Assembly: GCA_046757165.1 (NCBI GenBank)
Contig: JBHHXT010000080.1
Location: 1 to 20,236, forward strand
From: a bacterium
Lineage (GTDB): Bacteria; Zhuqueibacterota; Zhuqueibacteria; Oceanimicrobiales; Oceanimicrobiaceae
Direction: 5' to 3'
Length of the DNA stretch: 20,236 nucleotides
The translations under genes were made by a program, and so were the position numbers. This document shows, in pieces, positions 5,863 to 13,837 of this stretch. A model generated the notes under the pieces. That model had not been told where the DNA came from and did no database searches. It was given only the letters and a program-made list of their open reading frames with translations. Within the stretch, counting starts at the first letter, position 1. The number at the start of each line of letters is the position of its first letter.

Positions 5863-8800
5863 ATGCGTCCCAATCCTTCCAATCACATCGTGATCGGTAT
5901 TGCTCTCTGCCTGGGTCTTTTTCGCTGCGGCAACGACCTGCAGCTAACAGGATTCGACGAAAGCGAATTTCCGAGCACGCCTGTGGAGCTGCGGGTCACG
6001 GTTGGAGACGGCAAGATAATTCTGAATTGGGCCCACAGCAATGGCGATTCGGTAGACTATTTCAACATTTACCGCCAAACAGATTCGGATACCGTGCTGG
6101 CGTTACTCGACACGACCTCTCTGCTGACTTATACGGACACAAACGTCAACAATGGGGTGGTTTACACCTATGCCATCTCAGCGGTCAGGAATGAGCTCGA
6201 GGGACGCAAGGCGCGATCCCCTGCGGCGATGCCGACTGTCTTCGGGGTGATTATCAATTCCGGCGCGGAGTTTACGAAATCACGCTCTGTTGTGCTCACG
6301 ATGATCGCCCCTGTGGGGGCAACCTTCATGAAGATTGCCAACGATTCCCTCTTTACGAATGCTGTATTCGAGCCTTATTTGGCAGCCAAAACCTGGACCC
6401 TCACCGCTGAAGATGGCGAGAAATCCGTTTATGTCCACTACCGCGATTCGGAAGAAAACGAGACATTCCGGCCCTTGACCGATACCATCATCCTGGACAC
6501 AAAGGCGACGATTCTATCGATTTCCGAAGATACGGGCGGCGCAACCAAATCCGCCGGCGATGTGATCCGGTTCACCATCAGCACCGGTGAAACCAGGGGA
6601 ACAGCCTCCGTCGACATCGGGCAAGCGCTCAGCGGCATCAATCTCTTCGACGATGGGTCCAATGGAGATGTCACCCGGGATGACGGCATCTACCAGCGTG
6701 ACTTCATCATCCCGACCGGACTCGAGGTGGTCGACGCCAATGTGATTGGCCATTTTGCCGACCAGGTGGGAAACATTGCCGAAGAGCTGAGGGCGGACGG
6801 GTTGATCACCATTCAGAATCCACCTGCGGCAGTCACGCTTCTGAGCCCGGAGACCATCCAGGATTCGCCGACCTCTCTGCGTCTCTCATGGACCCAGAGC
6901 TCGGCGCAGGATTTTGCCAGCTACAAGCTCTACCGCTCGACCAGCCCGAACGTCACGACCTCGTCAACCTTCGTGCAGTCAATTGAAACCATCACGCAAT
7001 TGAGCTACGTCGACACGGATTTGGAGCAAAACACCACCTATTATTACAAACTTTATGTCTTCGACAGCAGCGGCCTGAGCTCAGCCAGCAATGAGGTCAG
7101 CGGCAACACGTTGCTGAACCAGGCGCCAAAAGCGGTGACGTTGCTGACGCCCGTGCCGGTCGAAGGCTCGAACACATCATTGGCAATCTCGTGGACAAAA
7201 AGCAAAGACGATGATTTCGCCAGCTATCGACTCTACCGTTCGACCGCGCCCGGAGTGACAGACACATCCACGTTTGTCAACACGGTCGAAACGGTGACAA
7301 CTTTAAGCCTCGTTGATGGCGACTTGAGTGAAAACACGACCTACTATTATGTTTTGTACGTCTTTGATGCCGACGGCCTTTCCGCGCCAAGCAATGAAGC
7401 AAGCGGAACCACCTCAAAGAATGACGCGCCAGATCCGGTCACCCTTTTTGCGCCTGAGCCCGTTCAAGGCTCGACGACCTCGCTGAATCTGTCCTGGACA
7501 CAAAGCAACGAGGACGATTTTGCCAGCTATAAGCTGTACCGGTCGTTAACGCAGGGCGTCTCAACCAGCTCGACATTCGTCAGCTCGGTCGAGCTGCGCA
7601 GCACGCTGAGTCTTATTGATGACAACTTGCAGGAAAACACGACTTACTACTATAAACTCTATGTTTTTGATACTGCCGGGAGTTCGGCGGCCAGTGACGA
7701 GGTCAGTGGTACGACATTACAGGACGAACCGCCAGATGCCGTCACCTTGTTTTCGCCTGAACAGATTCAAGGTTCGACCACCTCCTTGAATCTGTCCTGG
7801 ACACAAAGTAATGCCGATGATTTCGCGAGCTACAAACTCTATCGTTCCCTCACACCCGGTGTGACCACCAACTCCACATTTGTCACCTCCATCGAGTCCC
7901 GCAACACCCTGAGCGTCATCGATGAGAACCTGCAGGAGAACACGACATACTACTATAAACTCTATGTTTTTGATAGCGCTGGTAACTCAGCGGCCAGTGA
8001 CGAGGTCAGTGGTACGACATTACAGGACGAACCGCCGGATGCCGTCACCCTATTTTCGCCTGAACCCATTCAGGGGTCGACCACCTCGCTGAATCTGTCC
8101 TGGACACAAAGTAATGCCGATGATTTTGCGAGCTACAAACTCTATCGATCACTCACACCCGGTGTGACCACCAACTCGACATTTGTAACCTCTATCGAGT
8201 CGCGCACCACCCTTAGCCTCGTCGATGAGAACTTGCAGGAAAACACGACCTACTACTACAGACTCTATGTCTTTGACACGGGCGGGAATTCGACTGCGAG
8301 CTCTGAGGTCAGTGGAACACCCCTGCAGAACCAACCTCCTACCCCGGTAACGCTACTGGAGCCGGAAACCATTGCGGACGCAACCACGGAGCTGCGTCTG
8401 GCATGGAGTCAAAACACGGACTCCGATTTTGCCAGCTACAAGCTTTACCGCTCTTTGACGCCGGGTGTTTCCACCGCCTCAACGTTTGTGACCTCGATCC
8501 AGAACAACGCCACGCTGGCTTATCTGGACGAGGGCTTGCAGGAGGGGACGACCTACTACTATGTCATTTACGTGTTCGATACGGGCGGGCTGAAGGCCGC
8601 CAGCAATGAAGTCGATGCAACGACACCTGTGAATGAACCGCCAACACCGCCCACCTTGTTTGACCCAGAACCTTTGCAGGAGTCCCCCACGACGCTGCGC
8701 CTTTCGTGGACCCAAAACAATGACCAGGATTTTGCCAGTTACAAAATCTACCGGTCTTTGTCGACGAATGTTACCATGAGCTCTACCTTCGTGAACTCAA

Positions 8801-9231
8801 TTGCCGGCCGCACCACTTTGAGCTACGAAGACAACAATCTTCAAGAAGGGACAACTTATTTTTACAAGCTCTATGTCTTTGATACGGGTGGCTTAAGCAG
8901 TCCCAGCAACGAAGTTAGCGGCGCGACGCTGCAAAACGAGCCGCCCGCCCCCGTCGCCCTGGGTCAACCGACCCAGGTGAACGGCACAACCCTTCGACTT
9001 TCCTGGTCCCAGAGCTTCGAAAGCGATTTCGATTCGTATCGCGTTTTTCGTTCGGAGGCCTCTCCGGTGGATACAACGCAGGCGCCTGTTGGCATCGTCA
9101 ATGCCGCCAGTACGACCTCCTTCGATGACTCGAGTATTGACCTGGGCGTTGATTACTTCTACAGGGTGTTTGTTTTTGATAAAGACGGCCTTTCTGCCGG
9201 AAGCAATGAAGTAACGGGTAAATTGGAATAG
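5863..9231 (+). CDS. large fibronectin type III repeat cell-surface protein, probable lipoprotein
   Basis: Signal peptide ending LGLFR-C (non-canonical lipobox). N-terminal FN3, an Ig-like module, a choice-of-anchor-X-like LFDDGSNGDVTRDDGIY motif, then 8 FN3 repeats (LSW..S...DFASYKLYRS...YYYKLYVFD). ATG 5863 follows the upstream TAG (ORF track: GTG 5860). Confidence 0.9.
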   Translation: MRPNPSNHIVIGIALCLGLFRCGNDLQLTGFDESEFPSTPVELRVTVGDGKIILNWAHSNGDSVDYFNIYRQTDSDTVLALLDTTSLLTYTDTNVNNGVVYTYAISAVRNELEGRKARSPAAMPTVFGVIINSGAEFTKSRSVVLTMIAPVGATFMKIANDSLFTNAVFEPYLAAKTWTLTAEDGEKSVYVHYRDSEENETFRPLTDTIILDTKATILSISEDTGGATKSAGDVIRFTISTGETRGTASVDIGQALSGINLFDDGSNGDVTRDDGIYQRDFIIPTGLEVVDANVIGHFADQVGNIAEELRADGLITIQNPPAAVTLLSPETIQDSPTSLRLSWTQSSAQDFASYKLYRSTSPNVTTSSTFVQSIETITQLSYVDTDLEQNTTYYYKLYVFDSSGLSSASNEVSGNTLLNQAPKAVTLLTPVPVEGSNTSLAISWTKSKDDDFASYRLYRSTAPGVTDTSTFVNTVETVTTLSLVDGDLSENTTYYYVLYVFDADGLSAPSNEASGTTSKNDAPDPVTLFAPEPVQGSTTSLNLSWTQSNEDDFASYKLYRSLTQGVSTSSTFVSSVELRSTLSLIDDNLQENTTYYYKLYVFDTAGSSAASDEVSGTTLQDEPPDAVTLFSPEQIQGSTTSLNLSWTQSNADDFASYKLYRSLTPGVTTNSTFVTSIESRNTLSVIDENLQENTTYYYKLYVFDSAGNSAASDEVSGTTLQDEPPDAVTLFSPEPIQGSTTSLNLSWTQSNADDFASYKLYRSLTPGVTTNSTFVTSIESRTTLSLVDENLQENTTYYYRLYVFDTGGNSTASSEVSGTPLQNQPPTPVTLLEPETIADATTELRLAWSQNTDSDFASYKLYRSLTPGVSTASTFVTSIQNNATLAYLDEGLQEGTTYYYVIYVFDTGGLKAASNEVDATTPVNEPPTPPTLFDPEPLQESPTTLRLSWTQNNDQDFASYKIYRSLSTNVTMSSTFVNSIAGRTTLSYEDNNLQEGTTYFYKLYVFDTGGLSSPSNEVSGATLQNEPPAPVALGQPTQVNGTTLRLSWSQSFESDFDSYRVFRSEASPVDTTQAPVGIVNAASTTSFDDSSIDLGVDYFYRVFVFDKDGLSAGSNEVTGKLE
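6820..9228 (+). repeat. eight intragenic tandem repeats, exact 303-bp (101-aa) period
   Basis: Equivalent codons at 6832, 7135, 7438, 7741, 8044, 8347, 8650 and 8953. Units 4 and 5 are nearly identical at the DNA level. Confidence 0.95.
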
Positions 9232-9260
9232 TGAACTAACCTGAACGGTGCGATGGTCTC

Positions 9261-10109
9261 ATGAAACTTTCTAACCAATTCAATAATCTCTTCATCTCAT
9301 GGAAGAATTGTCTCGAATCCATCAAGCTTGGCAAGATATTCCTGATATTCCTGGGCTATGCCGTGGTGCAAATTGCATTTATTCTCATGTTGATGAATTG
9401 TGCTTACCCGCCCTTCTCATCATTTTTGGTGCCCTTGATGACCAGACTATTCGGCGAGGCGGCAATTCATTACCCGAACAACTTTTTGGTCTTGCCGGCC
9501 ATGTTCTTTTGGGTGAACCTTGTTTTGAGTGGCCTTATCGGAATTATCCTTGTGGGCACCGCTACCGATCTTTTCTCCAACACCTACAAGAAAAAGGCCA
9601 TCAATCTAGGTGAAAGCCTGCGAGTCATGTTGGCTAATTACGCGATTCTCTTTCTTATCTGGATGGTGGAAACCGCGGTGCTCGTGGGCATATTTCTCGG
9701 CGTGCCTGCGCTGCTCGAGAAGATGGCGTTTTTTGCTGAACGCGGAGACTTGACCCTGCAAGTGGCCGCTTCGCTGGTGGCTATCGTCGTTGGCGCAGTC
9801 TTTGTTTACACAACCGCACTCGTTGTGTTGGACCGACGAGGTGCTTTTGGCGCACTGGGTCAAAGCCTGTCCCTGTTTGCAAAACATCCGGTCATCACCA
9901 TTCTATTGTTTGCGATTCCGAATCTCATACGAATGCCTGTGGACCTGCTGTCGGGAAAAACCAGGTTTTTGATTACGAAATTCAACCCTGAAATGGTCGG
10001 AATTGTCCTGGTATTGAGTATTCTGATTTCTGTATTCAGCAATTACCTCCTGATTGGCACGGTGACGCGCTATTTCACCTTGCTCAGGGAGAGAACCAGC
10101 TATTCTTGA
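9261..10109 (+). CDS. polytopic integral membrane protein (about 6 TM; DUF975/GDPD-membrane-domain-like)
   Basis: Multiple long hydrophobic segments. Twice-repeated amphipathic linker pattern (INLGESLRVMLANY; GAFGALGQSLSLFAKH). Confidence 0.75.
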   Translation: MKLSNQFNNLFISWKNCLESIKLGKIFLIFLGYAVVQIAFILMLMNCAYPPFSSFLVPLMTRLFGEAAIHYPNNFLVLPAMFFWVNLVLSGLIGIILVGTATDLFSNTYKKKAINLGESLRVMLANYAILFLIWMVETAVLVGIFLGVPALLEKMAFFAERGDLTLQVAASLVAIVVGAVFVYTTALVVLDRRGAFGALGQSLSLFAKHPVITILLFAIPNLIRMPVDLLSGKTRFLITKFNPEMVGIVLVLSILISVFSNYLLIGTVTRYFTLLRERTSYS

Positions 10110-10142
10110 TAGAGGCGTAGCGCGGCAAAGCCGCATACAAAA

Positions 10143-11660
10143 ATGGCTAAACATTCAAACAATCTAACGTGTCCGAGCAGGAGAATGACAACTAGAATCA
10201 AGATGAGTTTCGTGGTTTGGATGACTGTGGTTGTAGCCACAGGCTGTTCCATGGATTCCTCCATCGAGGAGCAGTACACAGCAGAAAAGATGCTTTACAA
10301 AGCCGGGAAGTTATACCAGAGAGTTTTGATCAACCCGCGTATTGCCAGGCAGTTGGACTACAACGACGCGATTGCTGCATACAGAAAAATCTTGCACCGC
10401 TATGCCAAAGTCACTCACCCGGTCATCGACAACATCAAGAAACAGTGTTTCCTCATCATATCCGAGCTCTGGCTGCTCCAGGGTGAAGTCAAGATGGCCA
10501 CTGAGGTCTATGATGACTTTCTGGCAGCCTACCCCGAGGACAACGATCTCGGTTCACTCATTCGATTCGCAAATGCCAAAAGCAACGAGAGACTCTTCAA
10601 TTTGGACAAGGCCATTTCCGAATATCAAATTCTGATTGATGATTTTGGCACAATCGAGGATCCTTCCCAGCCAAGTCTGAACGTTTTGAGCCTGCCGCTA
10701 AAAGTTGCGCGACTGGAACGGTCGGGCTCTAATGGTGTCAATGGCAACGATGGTTATCAGGAGGCGCTGGCCTACTACTCGAACATCGTTGCAACACATC
10801 CCGGTTCTCCGGCTGCGTTCGTGGCGTCATTTCATCTCGCCTCGATCCACGGCGACCAGCAGCAGTGGCGGAAGGAAATCAGGACGTTGACCCGATTAGT
10901 CAAAGATTACCCGGACCGGCCGGAAATTCCACAAATCCTGCTGTCGGTAGGCAATATCTATTTGGATGGGCTGAACAATCACAATGAATCTGATCGGATA
11001 TTCACCCGTCTGCTGCAGAAATACCCTGAACATCAAATCACGGGTTATGTTCATTTTGCAAAATCCAGAGTCCTGATTGCCCGGAGACGACTGGAGGAGG
11101 CAAGGAAACTGCTATCCTGGATTATCGAAAACTTCGGAAGTGATCAGAACCTGTGTTCCGCCTGTCAGTTGACCATGGCCAGGACGTATGAGGACCAGGG
11201 CAATTGGGAGCGGGCTTTGGTCGAGTATCGCTGGGTCCAGGAGAAATACCCGACGACACCACAGGGACTCTTTGTTCCGACCTACATCGCCCAAAAGTAC
11301 CAGCAACAAGGGGACAGGAACCTGGCTACCCCCGCCTTTCAGGATGCTATCAGCCACTACAGCAATCTGATCAAGAAATTTCCCAGGACTGTGCTGGCAG
11401 GCATGGCTCAGGAATACATCATCTATTGTCATTCCGCTCAAGAGAACTGGGAGCAGGCGCTGACTGCCGCCTCGAATCTCGAGCATATCCTTCCCGGCAC
11501 ACGCTCGAGAATGAAATCAACGCTGGTGCAAGGACAGCTCTTTGAAAAAATGCGGCAGTTTGATAAGGCGGCGAAGATGTATGAGGAATTCACGGGTGCT
11601 TTTCCCAATCACCCGATAGGCGAACAGATTCAGGAGAGAATTCGCAGCTTGCGCAGATAA
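10143..11660 (+). CDS. TPR-repeat lipoprotein (BamD/YbgF-like repeats; possible PrsT analogue)
   Basis: Signal peptide with lipobox ATG-C (Ala-Thr-Gly-Cys). Many TPR-like units ending 'YP.S/T' (AIAAYRKILHRY, ALVEYRWVQEKYPTT, AAKMYEEFTGAFPNH). The true start may be a later Met. Confidence 0.85.
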   Translation: MAKHSNNLTCPSRRMTTRIKMSFVVWMTVVVATGCSMDSSIEEQYTAEKMLYKAGKLYQRVLINPRIARQLDYNDAIAAYRKILHRYAKVTHPVIDNIKKQCFLIISELWLLQGEVKMATEVYDDFLAAYPEDNDLGSLIRFANAKSNERLFNLDKAISEYQILIDDFGTIEDPSQPSLNVLSLPLKVARLERSGSNGVNGNDGYQEALAYYSNIVATHPGSPAAFVASFHLASIHGDQQQWRKEIRTLTRLVKDYPDRPEIPQILLSVGNIYLDGLNNHNESDRIFTRLLQKYPEHQITGYVHFAKSRVLIARRRLEEARKLLSWIIENFGSDQNLCSACQLTMARTYEDQGNWERALVEYRWVQEKYPTTPQGLFVPTYIAQKYQQQGDRNLATPAFQDAISHYSNLIKKFPRTVLAGMAQEYIIYCHSAQENWEQALTAASNLEHILPGTRSRMKSTLVQGQLFEKMRQFDKAAKMYEEFTGAFPNHPIGEQIQERIRSLRR

Positions 11661-11663
11661 ATC

Positions 11664-12794
11664 ATGACAGCCCTTTTATACAAATTCTTGCCTGCGGCAG
11701 CCAGCTTAGTAGCAATTGCCCTGGGTATCAAGCTCTTGGGGAAAAAAGACAAGAGCCTGCTGCACAAGGCCATCTTGCATAGTACGCCAGCGGTGGTTCT
11801 ATTGCAAATTGGCACCTATATGCTGGGGAATTGTCACGCAGCCCTGCACTTGCTCGGTGGTCAGATTGTCATCCTGTCCCTGTGTCTTCTGACGCCGTTG
11901 TGCTCGAGGCTTGCTCTGCTGTGGGGGCAATCGCGGGGCCGCGAAGTTCTGAGGAAGTCCAGGCCTTTGCTGTTTAGTCAGTGGGTAATCGGGTTGGTCT
12001 TCACGGCTCTCATTCCGTCCGGCAACTTTCTTCACCTCGCCAGCTCTGAGCCGGAGGCAATCGTCGCTTACGGTTCGTATGGGAGGTATTTTTTGATCTA
12101 CCTGGTCGTCTCCAGCGTTCTCGTGCTTTCTGTTTTTGAAAGCAAGCGAAGATTGTGTGATAATATTGCGGCGATTCGAATTCCGACACTTGTGTTCATG
12201 GGGATGTTCGTCTTTTTCATCATTGGCGCGAGCCAGGGGCTGATGATTGGAACGTTGCATACGTTCCAGTTACTCATGGTTTCGTTGTGTGTTCTGATGG
12301 GCTACTTAGCGCCGCTTGCTTTTCGGCTAAAGAGCAGCACCAATTTGCCCACGCTTCCCGACAACCGTCAGTTTATGTATTCATCATTCATGATTGTCAT
12401 CGTTGGAACCTATCTGATTCTGATCGGCATTTTTGGTAAGCTCGTCGCCTCCCTGGGGGGCGACGTCAACATTTTCTTTTCAGTCGTGGCTGCTGTTGCC
12501 ACCGCGATTTTCCTGTTCATGATCGCGACATCTCTTACGCTGAAACAAAAACTCAGCACATTCATAGACAGGACTCTCTATCGCAACAAATTTGATTATC
12601 GTGCCATTTGGAGCAAGTTTAGCGAGGAAACATCCTTCAGTCTGACGCTGGATGAGTTAACGGATGCTATCCTTGGTTCCGTAGTTGGAACCCTTCAGGC
12701 CGCCAGCGGCGCAATTTTGCTGACAGATGACGAGACTTCGAGCCTGAATCTCGTAAAAAAAAAGGCCTGGAGGTTATGGACGAACCAGATCTGA
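11664..12794 (+). CDS. prsK: PrsK-like histidine kinase, N-terminal multi-TM sensor and start of GAF (5' part of a frameshifted gene)
   Basis: About 9 hydrophobic segments, then FIDRTLYRNKFDYRAIWSKFSE (PrsK-type 'YDYR..W..F') and the first half of a GAF domain. The frame is lost at A9 12755-12763. Confidence 0.8.
   Translation: MTALLYKFLPAAASLVAIALGIKLLGKKDKSLLHKAILHSTPAVVLLQIGTYMLGNCHAALHLLGGQIVILSLCLLTPLCSRLALLWGQSRGREVLRKSRPLLFSQWVIGLVFTALIPSGNFLHLASSEPEAIVAYGSYGRYFLIYLVVSSVLVLSVFESKRRLCDNIAAIRIPTLVFMGMFVFFIIGASQGLMIGTLHTFQLLMVSLCVLMGYLAPLAFRLKSSTNLPTLPDNRQFMYSSFMIVIVGTYLILIGIFGKLVASLGGDVNIFFSVVAAVATAIFLFMIATSLTLKQKLSTFIDRTLYRNKFDYRAIWSKFSEETSFSLTLDELTDAILGSVVGTLQAASGAILLTDDETSSLNLVKKKAWRLWTNQI
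12755..12764 (+). other. A9 homopolymer / in-frame A-AAA-AAG slippery site at the prsK frame junction
   Basis: Frame 0 reads GTA AAA AAA AAG GCC. The -1 frame reads AAA GGC CTG GAG GTT ATG into the kinase ORF. Confidence 0.85.
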
Positions 12795-13837
12795 GTCTGA
12801 GACAGGAGTTCATCGACTGGCTCTGGCGATTGGGCAGGCCGGTGCAAATCACCGGCGGCTCTGCCCCCAGTGCGCTCCCGGATTCGATTCATGAGGTTGA
12901 GGCGCAATTGGTAAGAATAGAAGCCAGAATTTGCGTTCCTTTGAACATCACCTCCAGACTTGTTGGCTTACTCGTCCTGGGGAAGAAGAATAGTGGAGTT
13001 TACTCGGAAGAGGATTTTGAAATCCTGGAAACGTTAAGCAATCAAGCGGCGCTTGCCATTCACAATTTCAAGTTGCGACGCCACCTTCAGGATGCCAGAG
13101 AGCTCGAGTCATTTTACAAGTTTACGTCATTTGTCATTCATGATCTGCGCAATGTTGTTTCAGTGTTGTCTATGCTCTCTGAAAATGCCAGGGAGAATAT
13201 GGACCGAGTCGAGTTTAGAAACAGTCTAACGACGACCCTCGAGGACTCCGTCGACAGGATGAAGCAGATGCTTTCACGAGTTTCATTGGTCTCCAATCAG
13301 GTTGAAATCTCTCTCGAAAAGGTCAACCTGACAGACTTCATTGAGAAATCTGTCTCAGAGATAAGAATCAAAGAGGGTGTTGATTTGCAGTTGCGTTTCG
13401 AAACCACCTGCGACCTCACCGTGGATCCGACGCAGCTCGAGAAAGTCATTCTCAACCTGCTGATCAATGCCGTGGAAGCCATGCCCGGTGGCGGAGCTGT
13501 TATGGTCAGAACCGAAGACGGCAGTCGGGAGGAGCTTCCACCTGGAATCAAGGCCGAGTGGTCACCCGATGAATTCGTCAAGATATCTGTTTCGGATACT
13601 GGCGTCGGAATGTCACCAGAGTTCATCAGAACGCGACTGTTCAGGCCATTTCAGACCACCAAAAACAAGGGCCTGGGCATCGGTCTCTATCACTGCAAAG
13701 AGATTGTTGAAGCACATGGCGGAAGGATTTGGGTCAATAGCCTGATCAACGCAGGCACGACGTTCAATGTTGGTTTTCCGGTTCGTTTGAGCGAGACAGC
13801 TCTCGAGCCCATCAGCACACTTCCGGCCGAGCGATGA
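12776..13837 (+). CDS. prsK: PrsK-like histidine kinase, GAF remainder + HisKA + HATPase (3' part of a frameshifted gene)
   Basis: GAF VPL...LVGLLVLG...YSEEDFEILETLSNQAALAI. H-box SFVIHDLRN, N-box NLLINAVEAM, G1 DTGVGM, F-box LFRPFQTTK, G2 GLGIGLY. Confidence 0.88.
   Translation: MDEPDLSLRQEFIDWLWRLGRPVQITGGSAPSALPDSIHEVEAQLVRIEARICVPLNITSRLVGLLVLGKKNSGVYSEEDFEILETLSNQAALAIHNFKLRRHLQDARELESFYKFTSFVIHDLRNVVSVLSMLSENARENMDRVEFRNSLTTTLEDSVDRMKQMLSRVSLVSNQVEISLEKVNLTDFIEKSVSEIRIKEGVDLQLRFETTCDLTVDPTQLEKVILNLLINAVEAMPGGGAVMVRTEDGSREELPPGIKAEWSPDEFVKISVSDTGVGMSPEFIRTRLFRPFQTTKNKGLGIGLYHCKEIVEAHGGRIWVNSLINAGTTFNVGFPVRLSETALEPISTLPAER

Noticed and set aside
9261..10109. Membrane protein as a divergent exosortase (contains PNLIR, similar to the exosortase N-x-x-R motif)
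   Set aside because: No catalytic C-x-G motif precedes the Arg and no His follows it. The overall pattern fits a DUF975-like membrane family better.
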